The notes under the pieces: generated by a model
Database searches by the model: none
What the model was told of the DNA's origin: nothing
What the model saw: only the letters and a program-made list of their open reading frames with translations
Program-made: the position numbers and the translations under genes
From: Neoconidiobolus thromboides FSU 785
Lineage: Eukaryota; Fungi; Entomophthoromycota
Direction of reading: 5' to 3'
Assembly (NCBI GenBank): GCA_025603075.1
Contig: MU626330.1
Coordinates: forward strand, 32,050 to 96,049
Length of the DNA: 64,000 nt
Shown: positions 13,462 through 24,685 of the stretch, piece by piece
How positions within the stretch are numbered: the first letter of the stretch is position 1
Layout of the letters: each line of letters begins with the position of its first letter

Positions 13462-15228
13462 ATGGAGCAACAAGATATGTCAAATTCAAAGAAAATAGGC
13501 CATAGATGTGATCAATGTTATCAAAGTCACGTCAAATGCGACAAGTTGCTGCCTAAATGTTCAAGATGTCTTAGGAGGAAAACTGATTGTACTTTTATAA
13601 GAGAGACTGTATATAATAAAGAGATAGACGCTCAGTATGGGTCATATAAAAGGCAAGTCGCACGCAAAGTTAATGTTAAAACAGAGAAGAAATTTATATA
13701 TGTAAAGGAAAATAAACTTAGTTTAAAACAACTTCAATCAAAAGGAGAGATTGAGTATCAACTATTAAAATTACCTAAAGGTTATAATTTTTCATATAAT
13801 ATCCTTGGGATATTTAATAAGTTCCAAAGAAAACTATTACTGGAAAACTTGTTAAATTTTATTCAAAATCCGTCTCCATTTTTTCCTAGTAAAGGTCTAA
13901 ACCTTTTCATCACATTAATAGAAAAACTGAATTTAGTATCATATAAACCTATAAAATTGATTTCGATATCCAAGGTACCAGAGGAAACTGAACTCAATAT
14001 CAGACCAATTTTAAGCCAGGCCATAGTCAACTACTTTAAAGTTATCAACAAGGTGTTCCCCTTATTCGATGAAACAAGATTCAGTTTCATTTCACGCTCG
14101 TTCCATTTAAAACTAGCAATACTTACAGGTGGGCTTTTATGTATGGAGCAAACTAAAACAGTAAAGGGTTTAATTAAATATTTTGAGGGAGAAATTTATA
14201 GCTTTGTTAAAAATATTCCCAGAATTAAACCCAGTTTAGAAAACATACAACTAATTCTTGTATTAGTTGGGAGTATATCTTATTTTCCATGGGTTAATAG
14301 TCTTAAAGAGTTTCTTCTATTTCACTGCTATAGAATATCGTTTATAATAGGATTAAATCAATCTTCGAGCAAGTTATCAAGAAAAATTAATATAGAAAGG
14401 GTTTATACTTATTGCATGTTAAACTTTTATTATAATGGCAATTTAATAACTTATGGTTCATATGCTGCTGAACCTATACTTCCTTTAGAGTTGAAAAAGA
14501 TAGAAAATGATTATACGTATAAATTCTCAAATTATAAGTTTAATTTTAGCAAAAATGATAAAGAGATACAACAATATTGTTTTTTGAAATTACAAGAATT
14601 TTATTATATATTGAGTACCCTATTTTTTGATTTACGATTGATTAAAGAGGAAAGTACAAGGCAAAGGGAAGATCAATTAAAATTTGACAATATTTTAAAA
14701 AAACTTTCATTTAAAGTATTGGTTATTAAAGAAAAATATACTAGGATTTTAGATGATCTTATAGTAAAAGTAGATAGTCAAGGCTTAATAGGATTTATCA
14801 AAGAGTATCAGTATTGTATTATTCATTTTTTCCACCAAGTCAATTTTTATATTTATACTATCCAGTTTAATATATCTAAAGAAAAAAAGATTTATGAAAT
14901 GCAAGAATATACAACTGGTAAAAATATTAGCATAAATACATCATATCACATTGAAAATATACTTTTAAAGTGTTATTTAGCAATTGATAGTGCTGTTATG
15001 AATTGTCATAATTATACACTTGCCTTCGATTGTCCGCTCGTTTCTACTTGTTTGATCTTTATGATGCGGTTTGGAGGAAATAGTGAGGAGAATTTGATCT
15101 ACGTTCAAAAAGGAAAAGAATTTCTACACTCTTTATTGAAGTCACCTTCTGCTATGGGAATATGTGAAATGAATTTAAAGCTCCTTGAAATCACCAGTAA
15201 GTCGCTAAATACTATTAAAATTGAATAA
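13462..15228 (+). CDS. Zn(II)2Cys6 fungal transcription factor, intronless, 588 aa
   Basis: CDQCYQSHVKCDKLLPKCSRCLRRKTDC binuclear cluster; YFKVINKVFPLFD resembles the start of the middle-homology region. Confidence 0.9.
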   Translation: MEQQDMSNSKKIGHRCDQCYQSHVKCDKLLPKCSRCLRRKTDCTFIRETVYNKEIDAQYGSYKRQVARKVNVKTEKKFIYVKENKLSLKQLQSKGEIEYQLLKLPKGYNFSYNILGIFNKFQRKLLLENLLNFIQNPSPFFPSKGLNLFITLIEKLNLVSYKPIKLISISKVPEETELNIRPILSQAIVNYFKVINKVFPLFDETRFSFISRSFHLKLAILTGGLLCMEQTKTVKGLIKYFEGEIYSFVKNIPRIKPSLENIQLILVLVGSISYFPWVNSLKEFLLFHCYRISFIIGLNQSSSKLSRKINIERVYTYCMLNFYYNGNLITYGSYAAEPILPLELKKIENDYTYKFSNYKFNFSKNDKEIQQYCFLKLQEFYYILSTLFFDLRLIKEESTRQREDQLKFDNILKKLSFKVLVIKEKYTRILDDLIVKVDSQGLIGFIKEYQYCIIHFFHQVNFYIYTIQFNISKEKKIYEMQEYTTGKNISINTSYHIENILLKCYLAIDSAVMNCHNYTLAFDCPLVSTCLIFMMRFGGNSEENLIYVQKGKEFLHSLLKSPSAMGICEMNLKLLEITSKSLNTIKIE

Positions 15229-15424
15229 TCAAAATCAAATACTCATTTTTTATATTATTGGGGTTCACTTTTTTGACATTAAAATTTACTACTAATACAG
15301 TTTAAAGAGCAATTTTTTAATATCCTAAGTCAAGCATTTATAGAATATAATATTATTTCAAAAGAAATTAGCTTGTAGTTGAAAAGCTTGATAAAGTTAT
15401 TATTTTTTACTAGTTTAAATAAAT

Positions 15425-15518
15425 GGGGGTGTTTTTTTTGGTTTCATTGTTTTTTTCATCTTTTAAGCACTATTTGAGCGGAAAAATTGTTAATAAAAAT
15501 AAACACAAAATAATCCCC
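15425..15518 (-). mobile_element. MITE family A, copy 2 (reverse)
   Basis: Reverse complement of the family core; ends GGGGGTG / AATCCCC; AAAT on both flanks. Confidence 0.8.
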
Positions 15519-16490
15519 AAATACCGTAACTCAGATTCAATAGTTAGATAATAAATAATATTTTTTATATTATATTAATAGTTTGAATAATATTGTAATT
15601 TTTAAAAAAAATTAATAAAATAGATCTGAAGCCTATTGTTAATTTATTACTTATTTTTTCACATTTGTTTACTTATTGGCATCAAAATTCAGTAAAGTTA
15701 CTAAAGTAATAATAGATTTAGTATAATAAATATCAGTTTAAACTATCCTTTTTTTTGAAATTGTGTGAAATTGAATAATTGTCAAAAAAATTTCAAAGCA
15801 GTCATTAAATCTATGGTAAATTTATTGTAGTTTACTTACAGAATAAGGTCCTAACACCTTTGGATATTTCACATATTTACAAACTCGCTTTGTTTCTGTA
15901 ATAGAATAATACTTAGCATAATTTTGTTACAACTACTCTTATATAAACAACACAACCCTATCTACAAATAACATTTCTCCACTTTATACACAAGTTTATC
16001 CTTATAAATTCACACAGCAATTAACTTTTATTAGTCTAAATTAAACTTAAAAGCATTAATTATCATGAATTAAATATCCAGAATTCTAATTAGAAGAAGT
16101 AAATACTAATTTTGCAAATATGGCTTTTATGTAATAAATAACCATTGAATTGTTATTGAATCTTTGAGATCTAAATCGAGATTTGTTTGCTAAAATTAAG
16201 GTTCGATCTATAAAGAATTTCAAAAAATATAAATAAATAATATTGAAATTTGTATTTAGAAATTGAAACATGTACTCCAAGATTCTATTATTTCTAATTA
16301 AAACTGCCTTTTGACAAAGAAATCAAAGTATAGTATTTTTAAAAGAATTCTTTAATTTTCTTTTTATTTCTACCCATTTTCCTGGAGTTGTGATTAAAAA
16401 TTTTACGATCTACAATGGAATGATTTAAGAATTACTCTCCACTTTTTATTTAAATTTGTTTGAATTTAAACTATTGTTTTAGATTTCAGT

Positions 16491-16540
16491 TACTAAAAAT
16501 TGCTTTCGGGGATTTACTTTTAATATTTATAGTATATAAA
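16491..16540 (+). promoter_or_regulatory. Conserved promoter block of TspO-like copy 1 (CGG motif + TATA)
   Basis: TTTCGGGGATTTA with CGG at 16507 and TATATAA at 16533; same 26-bp offset in the two paralogues. Confidence 0.6.
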
Positions 16541-16583
16541 GTCAAGGTACTGTGAATAGAATAATTTATAAAAATAAAATACA

Positions 16584-17435
16584 ATGGTTAATAAAGTGTT
16601 GTCTTTAAGAATATTAAACTTCGTCACTGGTTTAGCAGCCATTATTGTAAATATTATCACAACTTTAGTTCCATTAAATGGCAGCAGGTTGAGCGATATG
16701 GACAATAATGTCAACAAAATTATGCCTGCTGGTACTGCTTTTTCAATCTGGGCCGTCATTTATATATTTAAGCTATTATTTATGAGCTATCAACTATTCC
16801 CAAGAACATATGACTTAAAATACATCAATTATGGCATCACCCCATACTTTAGTTTATTAGCTTTATTAAATATTACTTGGCTACTCACACAGGCTTATCT
16901 TAAAGATGAGTTATATATTGTGCAGCTTATTGTTATTTATGTGATGTTTGTTGTATTGTTAGTTATGTATTCAATGACCTTTAAATACATCAAGAACGAC
17001 CTCATATTAAGTACTGAGTCAAATAATAATTTCTATTTGAATTATTGGTTAGGTAGAGTATGGTTATCCATCTATTTTGCTTGGATTACAGGTGCTATAT
17101 GCGTTGATTCCTTCTCTGTTTTCTCTGATCTTCCAACAACAACTTATATAAGTTCTACTATCACTTTATGCTTATTAGCTATACTCACAATAGTGATAGT
17201 ATTTATCAATCGTGATGTAGCTTTCAGTTTAACTTTTATTTGGACTTCAGCTTGGATCATTGTTAATCATAAAAATGTTGAAGAAGGGTATCCACTTTTT
17301 ATTACTGCTTGTGTTGTTATTGCAGTTGTTTCAATTGTTACGGTTGTAGCTTTTATCTTAAATTTGAAATTTGTTTTTAATCGAAGAAAGATTAGCGAAA
17401 CAGAAATTGAGAAATTGAATAATGAGATATCTTAG
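16584..17435 (+). CDS. TspO/tryptophan-rich-sensory-like multi-pass membrane protein, copy 1, intronless
   Basis: VNIITTLVPLNG..MPAGTAFSIWAVIY..LNITW..LSIYFAWIT..RDVAFSLTFIW, matching from memory the pattern of the bacterial PagytFsIWglIY / slYlgWit family; about 7-8 hydrophobic segments. Confidence 0.65.
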   Translation: MVNKVLSLRILNFVTGLAAIIVNIITTLVPLNGSRLSDMDNNVNKIMPAGTAFSIWAVIYIFKLLFMSYQLFPRTYDLKYINYGITPYFSLLALLNITWLLTQAYLKDELYIVQLIVIYVMFVVLLVMYSMTFKYIKNDLILSTESNNNFYLNYWLGRVWLSIYFAWITGAICVDSFSVFSDLPTTTYISSTITLCLLAILTIVIVFINRDVAFSLTFIWTSAWIIVNHKNVEEGYPLFITACVVIAVVSIVTVVAFILNLKFVFNRRKISETEIEKLNNEIS

Positions 17436-18236
17436 AATATATATATGTTTATTACTTAAAAGGTTCCCAAGCTGATTCAACTATTTCAAACATCTATCAA
17501 ACCATAATAATTTTGACTAAATTTTTAGCTCATATTGAAGATAATGTTTTTATTATATTTAATAAAACTTAATTAACGAAAAATTTCATTTTGAATTTAT
17601 TATAATTTTCAATATTAAAAACTTATTTTTATAAAAATTTATCATATGTCCTAACATAAATTTGTTCTATTTAATTTTATTTTTAACTAATTTCAGAAAA
17701 TTCTTGTTATTTATATTACTTGTATTTTTTTATTATATTTAATATATTCAACGATTATTAAATTTAATAATAAAACTTAAAAAAGTAAAAACATGATATC
17801 ACAGAGTGTCTAAAATTTTTATAGGAGTATTTATATTGTTATAATTTAAATAATAAAAGCAAATAAGATAACAGAATTAGTAGATATACTTCAAAATTGT
17901 TAGTAAAATTCTTAAACACAAAAATATATCTTCATATAATAACTTTCTTTTTGTTTTTTCTACATTATAATATTTATATATAAAGCTTTCAATATGAGTA
18001 TAAATTTCAAATTAAGAAAATTTGGAAAAGGTTATTTTAAGCTCACTTTGTTTCGGCCCTAATAACTTTATTACTTTAATTTTATTAATACAGGAGTCAA
18101 ATATAATAAATTACAGATCATTTTAAACTATATCCATTAGTTTTTCTGTCTCATTTACTTTTATTGTTCAAACTATAATAATATAAATACTTTCACATAA
18201 ACTTTAGATACCTTGTACTTTTGTCAATTACTGTAT

Positions 18237-18329
18237 GGGGATGTATTTGTGTTTAAGAATTTTACTAACAAATTTCCCGCTGAAATAGCGCTTAAAAAAT
18301 GGAAAAAATAATGAAGTCAAAACACTCCC
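18237..18329 (+). mobile_element. MITE family A, copy 3
   Basis: GGGGATG..CACTCCC ends and conserved core; flanks GTAT/ATGT, so the TSD is not intact. Confidence 0.8.
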
Positions 18330-18574
18330 ATGTCTATTAATATTAATATATTTATCAAATTTCAATTGCTATAATTATACTATAATTTAAATAATACCTT
18401 AAAAGTCAAGGCTTACAATATTATATAATACAATATAATCAACATAAGTTATAAAAGACAAAACAATGTATAAATCATTTTAATAAACTGTTCATTAAAA
18501 TAGATTTAAAGATTGTTACAATTTTTTACTATAACTTTATTTAAATTTAAAACTAAAATTTTTAGGTGCATTTA

Positions 18575-18622
18575 TTAACAAACGTCTTCGGAGATTTAGG
18601 TTTAATATCTAAAATATATAAG
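18575..18622 (+). promoter_or_regulatory. Conserved promoter block of TspO-like copy 2
   Basis: TTCGGAGATTTA with CGG at 18589 and TATATAA at 18615. Confidence 0.6.
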
Positions 18623-18664
18623 GAAGATTAAATTAGATCAATAATTTAATCTGCAGAAAAAATA

Positions 18665-19540
18665 ATGGCTAACAATATATTGATTTCACGAGTTCTTAAC
18701 TTCATTATAGGTTTAATAACTATCATTGTAAATGGCATTATAACTGTAGTTCCAATAAATGGTGGAAGATTAATAGATAGGGATGATAGTTTAAACAAAT
18801 TTATGCCATCTCCAGTTGCATTTTCGATCTAGGGTATTATTTACATATTTAAATTAGCCTTTATGATCTACCAATTATTACCAAGGACCTATAACTTAAA
18901 ATATATCAATTATGGTATTACCCCATATTTCAGCACATTAGCGCTATTGAATATGACTTGGCTAATTACAGAAGCTTACCTTAGAAATAGTTACGATTTT
19001 ATACAACTATTTATCCTTTATACCATGTTTATTGTATTATTTTTCATGTATACAACTACATTTAGCTATATCAAAAAGGACTTCATAATGAGAACTGAAT
19101 CCAGTAACAATTTTCATTTAAATTATTGGTTTGGTAGAGTATGGTTATCTATGTATTTTGCTTGGATTACAGGTGCCATATGTGTTGATTCTTTCTCTGT
19201 TTTTTCTGACCTTCCAACATCAACTTATATAAGTTCATCTGCTATCTTGTGTTTATTAACTATAACTACAATGTTTGTACTTCATGCTAACCGCGATGTT
19301 GTTTTCAGTTTAACTTTTATTTGGTTTACGTCTTGGATTATTGTCCACAACAAGAGTGTCAAAGAAGCGTATGTTCTTATTATCACCTCTATTATTGTAC
19401 TTTCGATCATTTTAATAGCTACAGTCATTACATTTGCTTTAAATATCAAGTTTATTATTAATAGATATAGGGGAATAGAAAGTGAACCAGAAAGTGAAAG
19501 TGAAAGTGAAAGTAAAGAATTGAATTTATATTATAAATAA
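18665..19540 (+). pseudogene. TspO-like membrane protein copy 2 with premature TAG at codon 56
   Basis: ATG 18665 is in frame with TAG 18830-18832, where copies 1 and 3 have TGG (FSIW). The rest of the frame is intact (225 aa from Met 18863). Confidence 0.7.
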
Positions 19541-20203
19541 ATAATTTTAATCATTGTTTATAGGATTTCCAACCTTGCTTGATTACTTTAAACGTTCATC
19601 GAATTATAACAGTCTTGATTAAAGTTTAGACAAGATTGAGGATTTCCAATTCTTTATTATATTTTAATGAAAGTTTAATTTTCAAAATGGACTTTACAAG
19701 AAGCTATTCATTATTTGAATTTACTCATCTTAATCAAAGTTCCCCTTTATAACTGTCAATTTTATATAATAAACATTATCTTAAACATTTATTTAAAAAC
19801 TAGTCGTATGAGCTTGCAAACCTTGTATTCTATTTTTATTTTTTATTTATTTATATAAAATTACTACTACAAATATTAGCTTTATTTGTTGTAGCTAAAT
19901 TAATTACTTGGTATTTAAATCAACTTTGGGACAAAGATCGTGTTTAACTGGCTTATAAATACAATAAGGATATTTGGTCAAGGAACTTTACCTTCATAAT
20001 AAATAATTTTTTAATGTCAGTTTTTATTAATACTTATTTAGAAGATATAATACTTTAATATCTAACTTTCGAAAATAATATTAATTGTATTGAATTTCAA
20101 AATATCTGACAGTGCTTAATCTTATATAATAAGTTTCAACAAAAATTTACCAGCTATTTAACATTCAAATGTTAAACTTGTAGTTGAAGTTTATTTAATA
20201 TAT

Positions 20204-20298
20204 GGGGATGTTTTTTTTGATTTCATTACTTTTATCATTTTTTAAGCACTGTTTGAGCAGAAAGATTGTTAGTAAAATTCTTAAGAAAACACACCCCC
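20204..20298 (-). mobile_element. MITE family A, copy 4 (reverse)
   Basis: GGGGATG..CACCCCC ends; ATAT on both flanks. Confidence 0.85.
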
Positions 20299-20589
20299 AT
20301 ATTATTCTTTAGAATTTTTATAAATGCACTTTTATAAAAATATAATAAAAAGTCTAATTGAAATTTATAACTATTAAATAAATTATTATCTCTAATTACA
20401 ATTTTTAAAAGTGGTGATTTATGTATGATAATAATATTATTAAGTATTATTCAAGTTATAAAAATGTAAAAAAGAAGATCAAGATTTAACTCATTTTGAT
20501 TGGAGTGTCCATAATAGGTGTGATAGAATAATACGTCATTTTTTTTATTTTAAACCAATTTTAATCTCAGTCAAAATTTAAGCATTATT

Positions 20590-20636
20590 TACTAAAATGC
20601 TTATGGAGATTTAGTTTTAATTTTTAAAGTATAAAA
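20590..20636 (+). promoter_or_regulatory. Conserved promoter block of TspO-like copy 3 (CGG changed to TGG)
   Basis: TTATGGAGATTTA with TGG at 20604 and TATAAAA at 20630. Confidence 0.55.
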
Positions 20637-20683
20637 ACACAAGCAAAATCCAATTTATTTTATATTTTATATTTTAAATTTAA

Positions 20684-21517
20684 ATGAATAATAAAATATT
20701 ATTATCAAGAATATTCAACTTTGTTTCTGGTATAATTGCTCTTAGTATCAATGGCTTTATAAAAGTAGTACCAATCAAAGGTAATAATCCAAATCAATTG
20801 ATGCCATCTCCAATTGCATTTTCAATTTGGGGGATTATTTATTTATTTAAATTAAGTTTTATGATTTATCAATTATTACCAAGAACATATACTTTAAAAT
20901 ATATTAATAAAGGTATCACTCCTTACTTTAGTATATTAGCTTTATTAAATATAACCTGGTTAATTACTCAATCTCAATTTCGAGGTGCTTATTATTTTAT
21001 TCAACTTATTGTTATATATTTGATGTTTTTAATATTATTTTTTATGTATACAACTACGTTTAAGTATATTAAAAATGACCTTATAATGAAAATAGAATCT
21101 AATGATAATTTTTATTTAAATTATTGGTTTGGTAGAGTATGGTTATCTATGTATTTTGCTTGGATTACAGGTGCTATCTGTGTGGATTCCTTTTCTGTAT
21201 TTTCTAGTTTTTCATCAACAAATTATATAAGTTCATCTTTAACTTTATGCTTATTAACTATAATTACAATGTTTGTACTTCACATTAACCGTGATGTTGT
21301 ATTTAGTTTAACTTTTATTTGGTTTACATCTTGGGTATTAATCAATAATAAGGATATTGAAGGTAGTTATCCACTTTTTATTACTTCTATTATAGCTATT
21401 GGCATTATTTCTATTGCTTCTATTATGACTTTAATTTTAAATATTCAATTTGTTATTAATCGTAATAGAGGTATTGAAATGAATACAGAAAATGAAAGTA
21501 AGCGATTAAATTCCTAA
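20684..21517 (+). CDS. TspO-like membrane protein, copy 3, intronless
   Basis: Colinear paralogue: MPSPIAFSIWGIIY, WFGRVWLSMYFAWITGAICVDSF, RDVVFSLTFIW. Confidence 0.65.
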   Translation: MNNKILLSRIFNFVSGIIALSINGFIKVVPIKGNNPNQLMPSPIAFSIWGIIYLFKLSFMIYQLLPRTYTLKYINKGITPYFSILALLNITWLITQSQFRGAYYFIQLIVIYLMFLILFFMYTTTFKYIKNDLIMKIESNDNFYLNYWFGRVWLSMYFAWITGAICVDSFSVFSSFSSTNYISSSLTLCLLTIITMFVLHINRDVVFSLTFIWFTSWVLINNKDIEGSYPLFITSIIAIGIISIASIMTLILNIQFVINRNRGIEMNTENESKRLNS

Positions 21518-22438
21518 TATATTAATTAAACAACTAATATTAATATTCATAGATTTCCAAAGGCTATTCAATTATTTTAAACGTTCATCAAATTATAATA
21601 GTTTGGATTAAACTTGAAGTTTAAATTGAAAGTTATCCTATTTTAATCTATTTATATCTTAATAAGAACTCAATTTTAAAATTTTAGTTTTAAAAAATTA
21701 TTATTTCTTTTACACACACTCCCTCTTACTTGAAGTTTTCTTATTTGAAATATTATTTTTTAGTATTAATATGATATAATAAACAACCCCTTATACATCT
21801 ATTTTTAAAAAATAATATACAAGCTTGATAAATAGTAGTATTACACTTTATCCAGTTAATTTTTTAAATTTTTATATAGGTTGCTATTAATGAATGTAAG
21901 TTAGTTTTTATAATCATGTTAATTATTTATAGTTTTAGATCAGCTTTGAAGATAAAGTATTTAAGACTGAATAATAAATATCCTAAATATGAAGAAGAAT
22001 CGAAGTTTTAATTTTATAAATAATAATTTATTATAATAATACATAGTAAAAAATAGAACTATGTATTATACAATAATGGTAATATAATATAGTAAATTAA
22101 TAATTAGTACTTTATAATAATTCAGGGAGGATAAGAGATAACCAATTAAAAGAAATCAAACTTTTATAAATCCTATAAAACAAAAGATGACGAAAGACAA
22201 TAATTATGGTAATAAAACTAGTATAAGCCATAAGGTTATAATAAAAATAGAATGATAAAGAAACAAACTAATAAGATATTAATTAATAAATATGCTTATA
22301 TCATCTTAATATTATAATTAAGTTGATCCTTAAAAAAGGGGGAATGTTAATGAGTAAGTAAAAAAGAAATAAATAACCCTTTAAATAATCAAAAACATTA
22401 TAAATAAACGATTAAAAGAAGAAGAAATAAATATCAAT

Positions 22439-23150
22439 ATGTTTCAAAATCAATTAAGTCCTATTATCAATAATAATTTAAGTTTAATTAAAAGAAATCA
22501 ATCTGAAGATAACAATGACATTCGAGATATTCCATTTAATTTAATTAATGATCCTATTGTTTCTAATAATGATCCTATTGACCCTAATAATATTTCTATT
22601 TATAATAGAATGCCAATAAATTATTTTAATATGCCTATCAATAATTTCAATAATAATAATAGTAATAGTAAAAAAGCATTATTAATAGGTATCAATTATA
22701 TAGGAACAGATAATGAATTAAAAGGATGTATTAATGATGTAATGAACATCAAAAAGTTTTTAATTTATAAATTTAACTTTAATCCCAATAACATCTTAGT
22801 ATTAACTGATGATCAAGTATATAATCCTATGTGTATGCCAACTAGATATAATATATTAAATGCAATGCATTGGTTAGTAAAGGAAGCAAAAGCAGGTGAT
22901 TCATTGTTCTTTCATTATTCAGGCCATGGTTCACAACAACAAGATACTGAAGGTGATGAAGAAGATGGATATGATGAAACTATACTACCTTTAGATTTTG
23001 AATTGAATGGTGAAATTGTTGATGATCAAATGAATGCTATTATGGTAAGACATCTACCTTTTGGTGCCAAATTAACTTGTATCTTTGATTGTTGTCATTC
23101 GGGTACTGCTTTAGATTTACCTTATGTTTATTCTCATTTAGGTAAATGTA

Positions 23151-23181
<31 letters not shown>

Positions 23182-23692
23182 TTAGGTAATCTTAAAAAAT
23201 TTAATATTTGGAGAACTATTTATAAATCTTTACATCAAATGGGATATTATCATTTAACGGATATTCATTCGCCAGAAGCTAAATTAATTATTCATGATTC
23301 AATTGATAAATTACATACTACTATGGAAGCAGAAGTAAGATCCAAATTAACTCGTGGCTCTTTAGGTATTAACTTAAAATTAATATATATTAAATATTAT
23401 ATTTTTATATTATTATTTATTTATTATTTATTTTCTTTTATTAAAATTAGGTGAAGTGATTATGTTCTCTGGATGTAAAGATGATCAAACTTCAGCTGAT
23501 GCTCATGTTTTAGGTTATGGCTCAACTGGTGCTATGTCTCATGCATTAATTACTGCTTTAAATTATAATACCAATATGACCTATCTTCAATTATTACGTG
23601 CTATTCGTACTTTATTAAAAGATAAATATGAACAATTACCTCAATTATCTTGTAGTAAGCCAATGAATATTAACTCTACTTTTAGTTTATAA
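22439..23692 (+). CDS. MCA1: Type I metacaspase with Asn-rich prodomain, 3 exons
   Basis: KALLIGINY, LKGCINDV, catalytic FHYSGHG and IFDCCHSGTALDLP, MFSGCKDDQTSAD. Confidence 0.93.
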
Positions 23693-23934
23693 TTGACTAA
23701 GTACAATTAATGACTATTCTATTTTATAAAGAGTATTATTTTGTTATTATCCCCCCTTTATATCTCTATTTCACATAATAAAATATGAAATTTTATTATA
23801 AATTAGAGTTTTATTTTAAATTTTATTTTATTTTATTTTATTTTATTTTATTTTATTCAAAGTCATTAGTGCTAAGTGTCTTGTTTACAACAGTAAAATA
23901 AATTTAATATAAAATCAACTGGTTTAATGAACAT

Positions 23935-24480
23935 AGATCCATCATTAGTAGGATAGCTTCTAGAAGGGAAAGTATGTTGTCTAAAAAATTTCTCTCCTTA
24001 AAAGAGTTAGAAAGGTGCAATATGGGTCACTGAATTTTAGTCTTCCAGAAGATTCTTGATTGACTTGTGATAATAATGGAATACAAGTAAAAGATGAAGT
24101 TAGGTTTAGAGGGGAAATGTAAGAAAATAAAGCTCTTATAGGTGGCTTATAAATCTTTAAAAAGGATCAAAGCTCTATTAAGCTAGGTGGAAGAAAAGTT
24201 AAAGTAAGAATAATGGGGAACATAGGAATAAGATTGAGGGTAAAGGGGATAGGCTCAATTGATTAATGATAAATAGTTAGAGGAAGAATTTCATCGTTGA
24301 ATATGAAGTAAAACGGGGAAGAGGATCAGTATCAAACAGACTGAAGTGGCAGTAATTAATAAGAATAAGTGAAGATTTTGAAATAATTGATAGTAGCATG
24401 AAGGTTGAATGACTAAATCGCCAAAAAATTATAATAAGTTTATGGCTGATGCCTTGTCTTTGGTAGGTGAGAGTTGGGTT
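23935..24480 (-). mobile_element. Possible decayed L1-like reverse transcriptase fragment
   Basis: Strand-skewed, GC-raised intergenic patch; reads ISKSSLILIN..DPL and, after a 1-nt shift, SPFYFIFNDEIL, resembling GDPLSPxLFxLxMExL. No YADD found. Confidence 0.3.
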
Positions 24481-24685
24481 TATTTTAAAGATTAATTATT
24501 ATTAAAATACGGTTAACTTATTAATACATTTTCTTATTATATTATAAAGTTTATAAATTACTACATTTATTAGAATAAATTTAAAAATAATTTAAAATTT
24601 AAAATTTATTACTTAATATAATCCCACATAAATAAAACTATTCATTAAAAAGAATACTTTAATACTCACTCATTCATTTTAATAT

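Noticed and set aside
18830-18832. TAG as genetic-code reassignment, or as RIP
   Set aside because: TAG serves as a normal stop in other genes here and TGG is used for Trp throughout. One CpA-to-TpA-compatible change is not evidence of RIP.
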